NCBI GenBank assembly: GCA_965208125.1 | Contig: OZ242320.1 | Coordinates: 4,576,001-4,640,000 of the forward strand | Direction of reading: 5' to 3' | DNA from: Candidatus Latescibacterota bacterium | Lineage (GTDB): Bacteria; Latescibacterota; UBA2968 | DNA: 64,000 nucleotides | In this document: piece after piece, positions 9,729-19,319 of the stretch | Numbering within the stretch: position 1 is the stretch's first letter | How the letters are laid out: every line of letters begins with the position of its first letter | The notes under the pieces: model-generated | The model's input: only the letters and a program-made list of their open reading frames with translations | Told to the model about the DNA's origin: nothing | Database searches by the model: none | Translations under genes and position numbers: made by a program

Positions 9729-10436
9729 TTAGATAAGTTCGATATCGCGCAAGATCCAGGATAGCAGTGTGAATGTGACAAAGACAGGGCGCTGTTGTGA
9801 ATCGAATACATAGTGGATGGGCAGTGTTCCCTGTCCTGTATGGCAAAAAGAGAAGAGGGATTGGCCGTTGGATTCGATTTGTTCGGGACCGTGAAGTAGT
9901 TGATTTGTTTTACAGTACGTAAGTTCGTCGATGGTTGTAAACGCTTCGTCCATGGGGGTGGTCCGATTGGCAAGCGCAAAGGGGAGGATCCATTGACACG
10001 ATATGGATGTATCCGCCGAGAAGTATTTTTTACCCACTGTCCCGTTCATTTCTATGATTGCGTCTCGAACTGTGCCATTGATGAGCAGGCGTTTATCCGG
10101 TGTTTCTGCCTGGTACCAGGCGAGTTCCCAGTCCTGGATTGATTCACCAATGCGCTCATCCCGCGCTGTTGTGACGGTTGCTTCGTAAATTTCCCGCCCA
10201 CCGCCATTGCGTTTTTCAACGATCTGGTATTTTGCGCCGTTCTCTTTGTTGTAGTGCGAGATTTCTACTGTTCCTATTGGTCTGTCGTCGGTCAATCCGT
10301 CGGGATGTGTTTTTGTCCATTGCAGGATTTCGTAGGTCAATTTGCAATTGGAATCCAATTGCACGGTTTGAGTTGGGGCATCGTGGTTTTGCAATTGCCC
10401 GGCGATTGCGTTGAGTTCGGCTGGTATGGTGTTCAT
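9729..10436 (-). CDS. Hypothetical protein, paralogue of 57851..58381
   Basis: Strong GAGGAGG RBS; start overlaps the upstream sulfatase stop; no recognisable family. Confidence 0.75.
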   Translation of the reverse strand: MNTIPAELNAIAGQLQNHDAPTQTVQLDSNCKLTYEILQWTKTHPDGLTDDRPIGTVEISHYNKENGAKYQIVEKRNGGGREIYEATVTTARDERIGESIQDWELAWYQAETPDKRLLINGTVRDAIIEMNGTVGKKYFSADTSISCQWILPFALANRTTPMDEAFTTIDELTYCKTNQLLHGPEQIESNGQSLFSFCHTGQGTLPIHYVFDSQQRPVFVTFTLLSWILRDIELI

Positions 10437-11743
10437 GATCCCACCTCCTCTGTCCATCCATTTCCACGTTTGAGATTTTCCATTCTCTCTTCTCTTATTC
10501 TATCTCTTTCGCCCGTTTTATCAGGTCCGCTGTAGGGTGTGACGGTGTTTGCGTATTCGGCGAGGTATGTGGCGTGCCTGTGTTTGACGGCATCAAAGCC
10601 GGGTTCTGATGCGAGATTGTGTTTTTCCAGGGGGTCGTTTGCTAAGTGGTAGAGGGTGTGCTGTCCCGAGTCGTAGAGAATGGATTTGTACTGGTCGTCG
10701 CGAATGGCGATTGCACTCGCGTTTTCTCCTATGACGCTTTCCCGCCATGCGATGTCGTCATTCCCTTCGAGGAGTGGGCGCAGGCTATTTGCATAGGTGG
10801 TGTCGGGCAGGGGAGGTGCGCCGGCGTAATCGCAGATTGTGGCGGGGATATCCACGCCCGATATGAAGTGCGAATCGTTTTGCCCATTGGGGATACTGCC
10901 GCGTTGCGAAATGACGAGTGGGACTGCCCAGGCTTCTTCTTCAAAAAAGCCTTTCAATACTCTTCGATGATGCCCAGAGCCTTCGCCGTGGTCGGCTGTA
11001 AAGATGATGAGGGTGTTTTCAATGAGGCCGTTGTTTTCCAATGTGTCGTAGATCAATCCGATCTGGGCGTCAACGGTTTCTACCATTCGGTAACACTGAT
11101 AGATGTAATATCGCCAGTCTGCGTCTGACCAGTGGCCGACCCGGTGTTTCTGGTTTGGCGGCATGAGACTGATTTCGAAGTTGCCGGGTAAATCGGGCAG
11201 ATCGGGCAACTGAGGCTCCATGCCGTATTTTCCCACGGGTCCGCTGACGCCGCAGACATAACAGCAGTCGTGTGGGTTCAGAAGACCGACGGAGAGGAAG
11301 AAGGGGCGGTTGTCATTTGCGTGTTCGGCGATATATTGTGCTGCTGCTCTGGCAGAGCCAGAGTCTTGCAGTTCTCCGTAGGGATGTCTGTCGTAGATCA
11401 CGTCAAAACTTTTGGCAACATCTCGTCCCGTGACATGCCATTTGCCGGAATACACGCAGTTGTAATCGGTGTGTTTGGTCAACCACTGACCGAGGTCGGG
11501 CAGGTTGGGATCGATGGGGAACGGATTGCTGATAACGCCGTGTTCGACGGACATGCGTCCGGTGTACCAACTCGCGCGCGCAGGACAACAGACGGGGTTG
11601 GCGCTGTAGGATCGCCTGAAAGATATGCCTTCTGAGATCAGGCGGTCCATGTTGGGCGTTGACACGTCTCGATTTCCATAGGCGGATATCGCGAGGTGAT
11701 GTTGTTGATCCGTGTGGATGAATACAATATTGGGTTGGTTCAT
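10433..11743 (-). CDS. Sulfatase (S1, choline-sulfatase-like), cytoplasmic
   Basis: PNIVFIHTDQQ, CCPAR, GKWH, NPHD, ADHG, DPLEKHNL. Confidence 0.92.
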   Translation of the reverse strand: MNQPNIVFIHTDQQHHLAISAYGNRDVSTPNMDRLISEGISFRRSYSANPVCCPARASWYTGRMSVEHGVISNPFPIDPNLPDLGQWLTKHTDYNCVYSGKWHVTGRDVAKSFDVIYDRHPYGELQDSGSARAAAQYIAEHANDNRPFFLSVGLLNPHDCCYVCGVSGPVGKYGMEPQLPDLPDLPGNFEISLMPPNQKHRVGHWSDADWRYYIYQCYRMVETVDAQIGLIYDTLENNGLIENTLIIFTADHGEGSGHHRRVLKGFFEEEAWAVPLVISQRGSIPNGQNDSHFISGVDIPATICDYAGAPPLPDTTYANSLRPLLEGNDDIAWRESVIGENASAIAIRDDQYKSILYDSGQHTLYHLANDPLEKHNLASEPGFDAVKHRHATYLAEYANTVTPYSGPDKTGERDRIREERMENLKRGNGWTEEVGS

Positions 11744-11894
11744 TTTTTTTCCTATCACTTTTTTGTAGAACTATATTTGTTACGACAGATGTTGAGAATC
11801 TGGAGACATGAACGTGATAAGTGGGCTGGTATTCTGGCAAGAATGGATATGATCCGACGCTGTTTGGTGTGAGTTGTCTTGACGTTCACGGGTG

Positions 11895-11923
11895 GATAAT
11901 ATGCATTTCAAATGCACATTATC
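11895..11923. repeat. 29-bp near-perfect inverted repeat (operator or terminator)
   Basis: GATAATATGCATTT-C-AAATGCACATTATC, one mismatch. Confidence 0.6.
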
Positions 11924-11955
11924 GACTTACATAGTTTCGCTCTCTCTCTGGGAAC

Positions 11956-12222
11956 TCATCCCTCCATCGCCTGCTGAATTTCATCCAGAGTTGGCTCATT
12001 CCCAGGTTGTGTTTTTCCCAGGAAAGTTCCAAATTTAGCGATCACAAGGTCGGGATTTTTGCCACTCAGACGGCTTTTCATCCACTCGAGTGTTTCATCT
12101 TGTTGGACAGCCGCTTGAAGCCAGTAGTTTACTAAACTATTAAAAGACATATTTTTCTTTTTTGCCAGCCGCATCGCTTTGTCCTTTAGTTCATCTGGCA
12201 ATCGTACAGAAATCGCGCTCAT
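11956..12222 (-). CDS. Ribbon-helix-helix antitoxin
   Basis: MSAISVRLPDELK..A..LAKK.NMSFNSLV RHH pattern; directly downstream of a PIN gene. Confidence 0.8.
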   Translation of the reverse strand: MSAISVRLPDELKDKAMRLAKKKNMSFNSLVNYWLQAAVQQDETLEWMKSRLSGKNPDLVIAKFGTFLGKTQPGNEPTLDEIQQAMEG

Positions 12223-12238
12223 GGTTTGTCTCCATCGG

Positions 12239-12673
12239 CTATAGATACAGGTCGCAAAATTGTTGAGGGGTCAAAACTACGAGGTCTGGAAATCTCAACT
12301 CACCCATTCTAAAGTCTGTAATATTTTTTGTCACCACCAAAGCGTTGGTTGCAATAGCCGCTTCTAATACAAAATTGTCTTCTTCATCGGGCAGATTTGG
12401 ACGCCACAAATAAAATACTTCAGATTGAGAGGCAAGTGCCAGCAATGCGTCCAGGACAAACGCGATTTCTTCTTTACTGGCACCTATTAATTTGCGGATG
12501 CTTCTTCTTGTCAAGACCGATTCATATTCGAGATATAGCTTTTGTGTTAAAACCAGGGGAATAGTTGTCTTTTGAATGTTTTGAAGAATTTTGAAACTGG
12601 GAGAGTCTATACGGCGACATAGTCCAGCTACAAGCACATTTGTATCCAGAACGATTAACGGCGGCGTAGCCAA
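12239..12673 (-). CDS. PIN-domain toxin (PIN_3-like)
   Basis: VLDTNVLV, EYE, DEEDNFVLEAA, VTKNITDF acidic PIN motifs; TTG start. Confidence 0.88.
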   Translation of the reverse strand: MATPPLIVLDTNVLVAGLCRRIDSPSFKILQNIQKTTIPLVLTQKLYLEYESVLTRRSIRKLIGASKEEIAFVLDALLALASQSEVFYLWRPNLPDEEDNFVLEAAIATNALVVTKNITDFRMGELRFPDLVVLTPQQFCDLYL

Positions 12674-12819
12674 GTTGTCATCCCTCAGGCGATGGTGTGA
12701 TTAAGGTTGTGATACCAAATATAATACCATTTTAGATAAAAATACAAATAAATTGATGCTGACAGATCAATTCCGGTTGTGTATTTTGTGCTGACTACCC
12801 ATAACATGAGAAAATTGAG

Positions 12820-13026
12820 ATGAGTTATCGAGAACCTCTTGTAACTGTTATCACCGCAACAAATCCCGGCTTGCTCGCGGTGATCAAATCCGTGCTTGAC
12901 GATGCCGAGATCCCCTGTATAACCCGGGGCGAGGGATTTCAAACTCTGTACGCGGCAGGACATGTTGACGTGCTGGTATTTGAAAGCGACGCCGAGCAGG
13001 CAAGGGCACTATTAAAAGACCTTTGA
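12820..13026 (+). CDS. DUF2007-like small protein
   Basis: LVTV..A.....AVIKSVLDDAEIPC..RGE....V.V.E.DAEQARALL pattern. Confidence 0.75.
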   Translation: MSYREPLVTVITATNPGLLAVIKSVLDDAEIPCITRGEGFQTLYAAGHVDVLVFESDAEQARALLKDL

Positions 13027-13106
13027 CGTATTTTTCTATAGAAGGCGATGAGGTTAATTTGGTTCAAGTTGAGGAGATCAATAGAGGTTGCTATTGTTCA
13101 GGTAAT

Positions 13107-14471
13107 TTATGGCAGTACGTTTGTTAGGAGTGGATCTGCTTTACGCCAGGGTTTGAGGGCAAATCGGCAGCCCAGGCCTTGCTCAATCTCACGCCATTTC
13201 CCCTCTTCTCTTGGCGTGATAAACGTTACTGCCTTTCCCGAGCGGCCCATGCGGCCAGTCCGTCCGACCCGGTGAGTGAAAAGTTTCTCTGATTCAGGCA
13301 AGTCATAGTTGATGACCTGACCGATGCCCTCAACGTCCAGGCCTCGCGCAGCCACGTTTGTTGCCACCAAAATCGGTGCGGTACCGGAACGGAAGGCCAT
13401 CATCACACGCTCGCGTGCGCTTTGGCTGAGGTCGCCCTGGAGCACTCCTACGGGGTAGCCCAACGTGTCGAGCCGTCTCGCCAGTCTCTTGACGCCGTGT
13501 CTGGTCCTGCCAAAGACGATTACCGGATCGCCGTTCCGCTGGTCCAACTGCGTTTGGAGTGCCTTTATCTTATCTTTTTGCCGGATGGTATAGACCAGGT
13601 GCTCCACAGTGGGCAGTGCTTTAAGGTCGCCGTCTATTTTCACCGTTACAGGGTTGCGCAGATATTTCTTCGCTGTGTTCGCCACCCACTCGGGCATGGT
13701 TGCAGAGAGGAGAGCGGTCTGCCGCCTGGAGGGCGTCTGGCTAAGGATCGCTTCAACATCTTGGGCAAAACCTTTATCCAGCATTTCATCTGCCTCATCA
13801 AGGACCAGGAATTGCACTGATCGCAGGTCTAGCGTGCCCTGTCTTAGATGGTCTAACGTACGGCCCGGGGTCCCAATGATGATCTGGGGCCCGCTCTTCA
13901 GGGCTTTGTACTCTGGCCTCAATGACCGGCCGCCGTACAGTAATGTTACGCGCAACCGCTGCGATGAAGCCAGGGCCTCTGTGACTTTAGCTACCTGAAT
14001 GGCCAACTCCCGCGTAGGCACCAGCACAACTGCCTGGACCCGTCGCACCGATGGGTTCAAGCTCTCTGCCATGGGTACTGCAAACACCAGCGTCTTTCCA
14101 GATCCCGTGCGCGCCTGTCCGATCAAGTCTCGCCTTGCCAGGAGATGGGGGATTGATTTCGCCTGAATGGGCGTAGGCTCTGATATGTTCATCCTGGAAA
14201 TTGCCTCCTTGGTCGCGACTTTCAACGCCATTTTGGGAAACACGGCGGTGATATTAGCAATGGGTTTAGTCGCAGTAAGTGACCTGCTTACGGGGCCTTT
14301 GGTCGGGGAAGAACGGCCGTTGCGACGGTTTTTGAAGCAAGAGCGACAGTACACTGGCCTGCCTGGTCTTAGTCGGAAAGGGACGGTTGTCAATGTATTG
14401 CAATCGGCGCACGCGGTGCGCTTTGCACGGCGAGATGGGCGCGGGTTAGTCGAGCGAGATTTACGAGGCAT
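13107..14471 (-). CDS. DEAD-box RNA helicase with N-terminal CxxC-x17-CxxC zinc ribbon
   Basis: CADC-17aa-CRSC, then PTPIQ, TGSGKT, PTRELA, TPGR, DEAD, SAT, ARGLD, HRVGRTGR; AAGGAG RBS. Confidence 0.95.
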   Translation of the reverse strand: MPRKSRSTNPRPSRRAKRTACADCNTLTTVPFRLRPGRPVYCRSCFKNRRNGRSSPTKGPVSRSLTATKPIANITAVFPKMALKVATKEAISRMNISEPTPIQAKSIPHLLARRDLIGQARTGSGKTLVFAVPMAESLNPSVRRVQAVVLVPTRELAIQVAKVTEALASSQRLRVTLLYGGRSLRPEYKALKSGPQIIIGTPGRTLDHLRQGTLDLRSVQFLVLDEADEMLDKGFAQDVEAILSQTPSRRQTALLSATMPEWVANTAKKYLRNPVTVKIDGDLKALPTVEHLVYTIRQKDKIKALQTQLDQRNGDPVIVFGRTRHGVKRLARRLDTLGYPVGVLQGDLSQSARERVMMAFRSGTAPILVATNVAARGLDVEGIGQVINYDLPESEKLFTHRVGRTGRMGRSGKAVTFITPREEGKWREIEQGLGCRFALKPWRKADPLLTNVLP

Positions 14472-14597
14472 GCGGGAATAGACTCCTTAGTCTAAAGAGA
14501 TGACTCAGCGTGGGGTAAAAATACGAGCAGGGAAAACCGATGAGCTACTGCTGCGAGAAACCCGGTGCGCTAATTATAAAAAAGTGGGTACAAGCAA

Positions 14598-14788
14598 CAA
14601 GCCCCCGATAGGGTCGCACATCGGGAGCTTGCGTTAAATGCGGTGCCGTATAAGAGTTAGCAGTTGGAAGTTTAGCGCCAGCGGTAGGGATCAAATAGAT
14701 GCCCTTAACAGCTATTTGTTTACTATCTGAGCAATGCTAAAATATCATAATAGCCTCTAAATATGCGGGGAGTGAATATATCTGTCAA
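14598..14788 (-). promoter_or_regulatory. Candidate promoter and structured 5' leader of the helicase gene
   Basis: TTGACA(14788-14783)-17 nt-CATATT. A 12-bp hairpin at 14598-14631 pairs fully, with one G-U, only on the minus strand. Confidence 0.45.
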
Positions 14789-14951
14789 GTGTAATTTTTG
14801 ACATCATTTTGTTCTGAGCCTCGTACGAGTTGAGGCTTGGAAATTTTGAGCCGAATTGCTAATATAGAGATTAAAAAATTAAATTGCCCCACCATTGCGC
14901 TTCGCGCACTTCTCAGGAGAGCAAATATCTCAATAAAATTAAGGATCTGCT

Positions 14952-16697
14952 ATGCACAATATTCTGAAGTTGATGGGTTATATGCGGCCCTATTGGAAGC
15001 AGGCGACTATCGGTCCGCTGCTGAAATTGATCGAGGTGATGCTGGAGTTGATGCATCCCCGGTTGGTACAGCGGATTGTAGATGAGGGGATTGCCAGAGG
15101 AGATCTGGATCTGGTGATTGAGACGGGGTTGTGGATGCTGGGCCTGGCGATTGGGGGCGTTTTGTTTGGAATCGGCAATGCCTGGTTTGGCGTGTGGGTG
15201 GCGCAGCGGGTGGAGACCGATGTGCGAAGCGCGCTTTTTGGCAAAATTCAGTCGCTTTCGTTTGGCAATCTGGATAAGCTGTCAACGGGACATCTGATTA
15301 CGCGACTGACCAACGATGTGCGGCAGGTGGGAGAAGTGGCGCGTTTGATATTGCGCATTCTGTCGCGTATGCCGATGGCGATGGTGGGCGGTCTGGTGAT
15401 GGCGATTGTGACCAGTCCCCGCCTGGGGTTGATGTTTATTGGGCTGGCTCCCGTGATTCTGGGGACTTTGATTCTGGTGTTTCGAAAAGCCAATGCGATG
15501 TTTGGCGAAGTGCAGAATCGCCTGGATCGGGTGAATCAGGTGACGCAGGAAAATCTGGCAGGTGTGCGCGTGGTGAAGGCTTTTTTGAGGGCAGATCACG
15601 AGACCGAACGGTTTGGAACGGCCAATGACAGGTTGATGGAACAGACGATTCGGGTGACGCAACTGGTGGCTCTGGTGATGCCGTTTATGATGCTGCTATT
15701 GAATCTGGGTGTTGTGGGGGTGATCTGGTTTGGGGGTATTGCCGTAACCCAGGGTGGGATGAAGCTGGGCGAGATTATTGCGTTTATCAATTATCTGTTG
15801 CTTTTCTTGCAATCCCTGATGATAGGCAGTATGGTGCTTATCCGGATGTCCCGAGCAGAGGCTTCTGCCGAGCGCATTGTCGAGGTGCTGAATAGCGAGC
15901 CTGAGTTACAGGATCGGGCAGATGCAAAGCGCGATGTGGTGTTGGAGGGGCAGGTTGCGTTTGAAGATGTGACATTTAGCTATAACGAGACGGCAGATGA
16001 TCCGGTATTGCGAAATCTGAGCTTTGTCGCGGAGCCGGGGCAGAAGGTGGCGATTCTGGGTTCGACTGGGGCGGGCAAGTCGTCGCTGGTGAATCTTATA
16101 CCGCGGTTTTACGATGTGGATGCAGGGCGGGTGATGGTGGATGGGATGGATGTGCGCGATGTGGATCAGGGGACGCTGCGACAGCAGATTGGGATGGCAC
16201 TCCAGGAATCGGTGCTTTTTTCGGGTACGATTCGGTACAATATCCGGTACGGACGTCCCGATGCGACCGATGAAGAGGTTGAGGCCGCTGCCCGGGCAGC
16301 TATGGCACACGATTTTATTGTCCAGTTTCCAGATAAGTACGAGACGCTATTGGGGCAGCGCGGCGTGAATCTATCGGGAGGACAGAGGCAGCGGATAGCG
16401 ATAGCCCGGGCGTTGATCTCCCGTCCAAAGGTGTTGATTTTAGACGATAGTACCAGTGCGGTAGATCTGGAGACAGAGGCCGGGATTCACGATGCGCTTG
16501 AACAGATGGTCGGGTGTACGAGTTTTCTGGTGGCGCAGCGGATCAGTACGGTGTTGAAGGCGGATAAGATTCTGGTGCTGGACGATGGTGTGCTGGTTGC
16601 CGAGGGTACGCACCAGGAATTAATGGAATCCAGTTCAGTATATCAGGAGATTTACGATTCACAGCTCGGAGAGGGAAACGGATATGGCGGAAGTTGA
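14952..16697 (+). CDS. Heterodimeric ABC exporter subunit (TM287-like, degenerate site)
   Basis: TMD plus GSTGAGKS, LSGGQ, LDDSTSAVD (E to D), VAQR (H to Q). Confidence 0.93.
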   Translation: MHNILKLMGYMRPYWKQATIGPLLKLIEVMLELMHPRLVQRIVDEGIARGDLDLVIETGLWMLGLAIGGVLFGIGNAWFGVWVAQRVETDVRSALFGKIQSLSFGNLDKLSTGHLITRLTNDVRQVGEVARLILRILSRMPMAMVGGLVMAIVTSPRLGLMFIGLAPVILGTLILVFRKANAMFGEVQNRLDRVNQVTQENLAGVRVVKAFLRADHETERFGTANDRLMEQTIRVTQLVALVMPFMMLLLNLGVVGVIWFGGIAVTQGGMKLGEIIAFINYLLLFLQSLMIGSMVLIRMSRAEASAERIVEVLNSEPELQDRADAKRDVVLEGQVAFEDVTFSYNETADDPVLRNLSFVAEPGQKVAILGSTGAGKSSLVNLIPRFYDVDAGRVMVDGMDVRDVDQGTLRQQIGMALQESVLFSGTIRYNIRYGRPDATDEEVEAAARAAMAHDFIVQFPDKYETLLGQRGVNLSGGQRQRIAIARALISRPKVLILDDSTSAVDLETEAGIHDALEQMVGCTSFLVAQRISTVLKADKILVLDDGVLVAEGTHQELMESSSVYQEIYDSQLGEGNGYGGS

Positions 16698-18534
16698 TCG
16701 ACAGCGCGACGGTGAACAGCAGGGTCCAGGCGGAATGATGATGGGGGGGCGTCGCCGGATGATAATGATGGGTGACGACGAGCGGGCGCGGGATATCCGG
16801 GGAACTACCCGCCGTTTGCTGGGGTATATGAGACGCTACAAGGGGACTTTGATCGGGGTGGTGGGGCTGGTGGTGATCACAACGGGGTTGGAGGTGGCAG
16901 GTCCGTATTTGATGGCGCGCGCGATTGATGAGTATATCGCCTATAGCGACTTGCCGGGCCTTTTTCAAATTACCCTGTTGTTGGCGGGGGTGTATGTGGC
17001 GATGGCACTGACATCCTGGCTTCAGACGTTTATTATGGCACGGGTATCTCAAAGCTCTGTGCGGGATTTGCGACAGGATCTTTTTGATCGCTTGCAGGTG
17101 CTTCCGCTGCGGTTCTTCGACCGGCGTGCCAGTGGCGATATCATGAGCCGGGTGACCAATGATGTGGATAATATCAGCAGTGTGTTGTCGGATAGCGTGA
17201 CGCAGTTGATTAATAGCGTGTTGACCCTGGTGGGCGTGTCGGCCATGATGTTCTGGATGGATTGGCCTCTGGCGTTGATTAGTTTGCTCACCTTTCCGCT
17301 GATGGCGTCTTTGACAGGGCAGGTCGCCAAACGGGCGCGCCGGGGGTTTCGCGAGCAGCAGGCGGCACTGGGTGCGCTCAATGGGATGGTTGAAGAGACA
17401 ATTGCGGCAGAGCAGGTGGTGAAAGCTTATGGACGCGAACAGGCTTCGATTGAGGCGTTTGAAAAGTTCAATAACAGGTTGAAGTACGCTGGTACGCGCG
17501 CGCAGTTTTTCGGGACGCTGATGCCGCCTCTGACCTTTTTTGTGAATAATATGGGTTTGGTGATTGTGGCTTTTGCCGGTGGCTATATGGCGATTCAGGG
17601 CGATGTGACAATAGGTGTGATTGCCGCTTTTATCAGCTATGTGCGGCAGTTTGGACGACCGTTGGGCCAGGTTGCCAATTTGTACAATTCGATACAGTCT
17701 GCACTGGCCGGGGCAGAGCGGGTTTTTGAGACTATTGACGAGTTTCCCGAAGCGCCTGATATGCCAGATGCGGTCGCGTTAGATCAGGTTCGGGGCGATG
17801 TGGTTTTTGATCGGGTGTGTTTTGGTTATGAAAAAGATGTGCCGGTGCTCAAAGAGGTGAGTTTGCACGCCAGGCCGGGAGAGAAGATTGCGCTGGTAGG
17901 ACCGACGGGAGCGGGGAAGACGACCATTGTGAATTTGCTGACCCGGTTCTACGATATCGATAGCGGGGCAATCTATATCGACGGCCATGATATTCGGCAG
18001 GTGAAACGGGAAGCGTTGCGTCGGCAACTGGGTATTGTGTTGCAGGATACTTTTTTGCTGTCTGATACTGTGCGGGAAAATATCCTTTATGGAAGGCTCG
18101 ATGCTTCGGATGAGGAGGTGGTTGATGCGGCAAAATTGGCCAATGCGGATCCCTTTATTCACCGTCTGCCCCAGGGATATGATACGGTGCTTTCGGAACG
18201 CGGCGGCAATTTGAGCCAGGGACAGCGTCAAATGCTGGCTATTGCGAGAGCCGCGCTGGCCGATCCGTCGATTCTCATTTTAGATGAGGCGACCTCCAGC
18301 GTGGATACGCGAACGGAAATGCGGATTCAACAGGCGCTTTTAAGGCTGATGGAGGGACGAACGAGCTTTATTATTGCCCACCGATTGAGCACGATTCGCA
18401 ATGTGGATGAGATTCTGGTTATTGACGATGGACAGATTATTGAACGCGGTTCGCATCGGGCGTTGCTGAAGGCCGAGGGATTTTATTACAATTTGTATAT
18501 GAGCCAGTTTAAGGGAGAGGTCACTTTTGTTTAA
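16684..18534 (+). CDS. Heterodimeric ABC exporter subunit (TM288-like)
   Basis: TMD plus GPTGAGKT, LSQGQ, LDEATSSVD, IAHR; overlaps its partner gene. Confidence 0.93.
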   Translation: MAEVDRQRDGEQQGPGGMMMGGRRRMIMMGDDERARDIRGTTRRLLGYMRRYKGTLIGVVGLVVITTGLEVAGPYLMARAIDEYIAYSDLPGLFQITLLLAGVYVAMALTSWLQTFIMARVSQSSVRDLRQDLFDRLQVLPLRFFDRRASGDIMSRVTNDVDNISSVLSDSVTQLINSVLTLVGVSAMMFWMDWPLALISLLTFPLMASLTGQVAKRARRGFREQQAALGALNGMVEETIAAEQVVKAYGREQASIEAFEKFNNRLKYAGTRAQFFGTLMPPLTFFVNNMGLVIVAFAGGYMAIQGDVTIGVIAAFISYVRQFGRPLGQVANLYNSIQSALAGAERVFETIDEFPEAPDMPDAVALDQVRGDVVFDRVCFGYEKDVPVLKEVSLHARPGEKIALVGPTGAGKTTIVNLLTRFYDIDSGAIYIDGHDIRQVKREALRRQLGIVLQDTFLLSDTVRENILYGRLDASDEEVVDAAKLANADPFIHRLPQGYDTVLSERGGNLSQGQRQMLAIARAALADPSILILDEATSSVDTRTEMRIQQALLRLMEGRTSFIIAHRLSTIRNVDEILVIDDGQIIERGSHRALLKAEGFYYNLYMSQFKGEVTFV

Positions 18535-18546
18535 GGGAGAGAAAAA

Positions 18547-19278
18547 ATGTCCTATCGATTAACACCAGAAGATGTGCGGTTCTTTCACGACGAGGGGTAT
18601 CTCGGGCCATATACGATGCATTCGCCAGAAGAAATGGATCGTATTCGGCCTGTTGTTGAGCGTGAAATTTTTGAAGCCGAAGGCCCGTTTCACGTCAATC
18701 GGCAAAAAGCGCGGCATCTCGATAGTCGAACGATCTACGATCTGTGTACACATCCGACAATTATGGATCGGGTAGAAGGCATCCTCGGTCCGGATATCGT
18801 GCTCTGGCAATCCAACTTTTTTAACAAACCCCCCGGTGCCAAAGAAATTCCCTGGCATCAGGATATGAATTTCTGGTCCACCGAAATAGAACCGGGTATC
18901 AATGTTTCTGCCTGGTTAGCCATTGACGATACAGATGTCACCAACAGTTGCGTTCAACTCATGCCGGGGTCGCACCGAAAAATGATTCCGCACATTAAAG
19001 CAACACCTGAACAGGCTTTTCGCCAACAGGGCGATCCCGATCACATCGGTATTGATCCGCATCGCGTTGTGAAGATGAAAATGAAAGCCGGACAATTTTT
19101 CCTATTCACCGAGCGCATGCTCCACTACTCAGCAGCCAATACGTCTGATCGCCGACGCCTGGGATTGGCCATACGCATTACCATTCCGATTGTGCGCTGT
19201 TACAAAAGGTATCACCTTCATCTGGTGCGCGGTGAGGATCGGATGGGATTTAATGTGTATGGAGACGCGCCTGAATAA
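18547..19278 (+). CDS. PhyH family Fe(II)/2OG dioxygenase
   Basis: FHDEGY, FFNKPP, WHQD, PGSH, LHYS, RR. Confidence 0.9.
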   Translation: MSYRLTPEDVRFFHDEGYLGPYTMHSPEEMDRIRPVVEREIFEAEGPFHVNRQKARHLDSRTIYDLCTHPTIMDRVEGILGPDIVLWQSNFFNKPPGAKEIPWHQDMNFWSTEIEPGINVSAWLAIDDTDVTNSCVQLMPGSHRKMIPHIKATPEQAFRQQGDPDHIGIDPHRVVKMKMKAGQFFLFTERMLHYSAANTSDRRRLGLAIRITIPIVRCYKRYHLHLVRGEDRMGFNVYGDAPE

Positions 19279-19319
19279 TCGGGATTACTAAACGACAATA
19301 TCGAAAACGGTGAAAACCT

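Noticed and set aside
18547-19278. SyrB2-like halogenase
   Set aside because: It retains HQD, so it has a normal facial triad.
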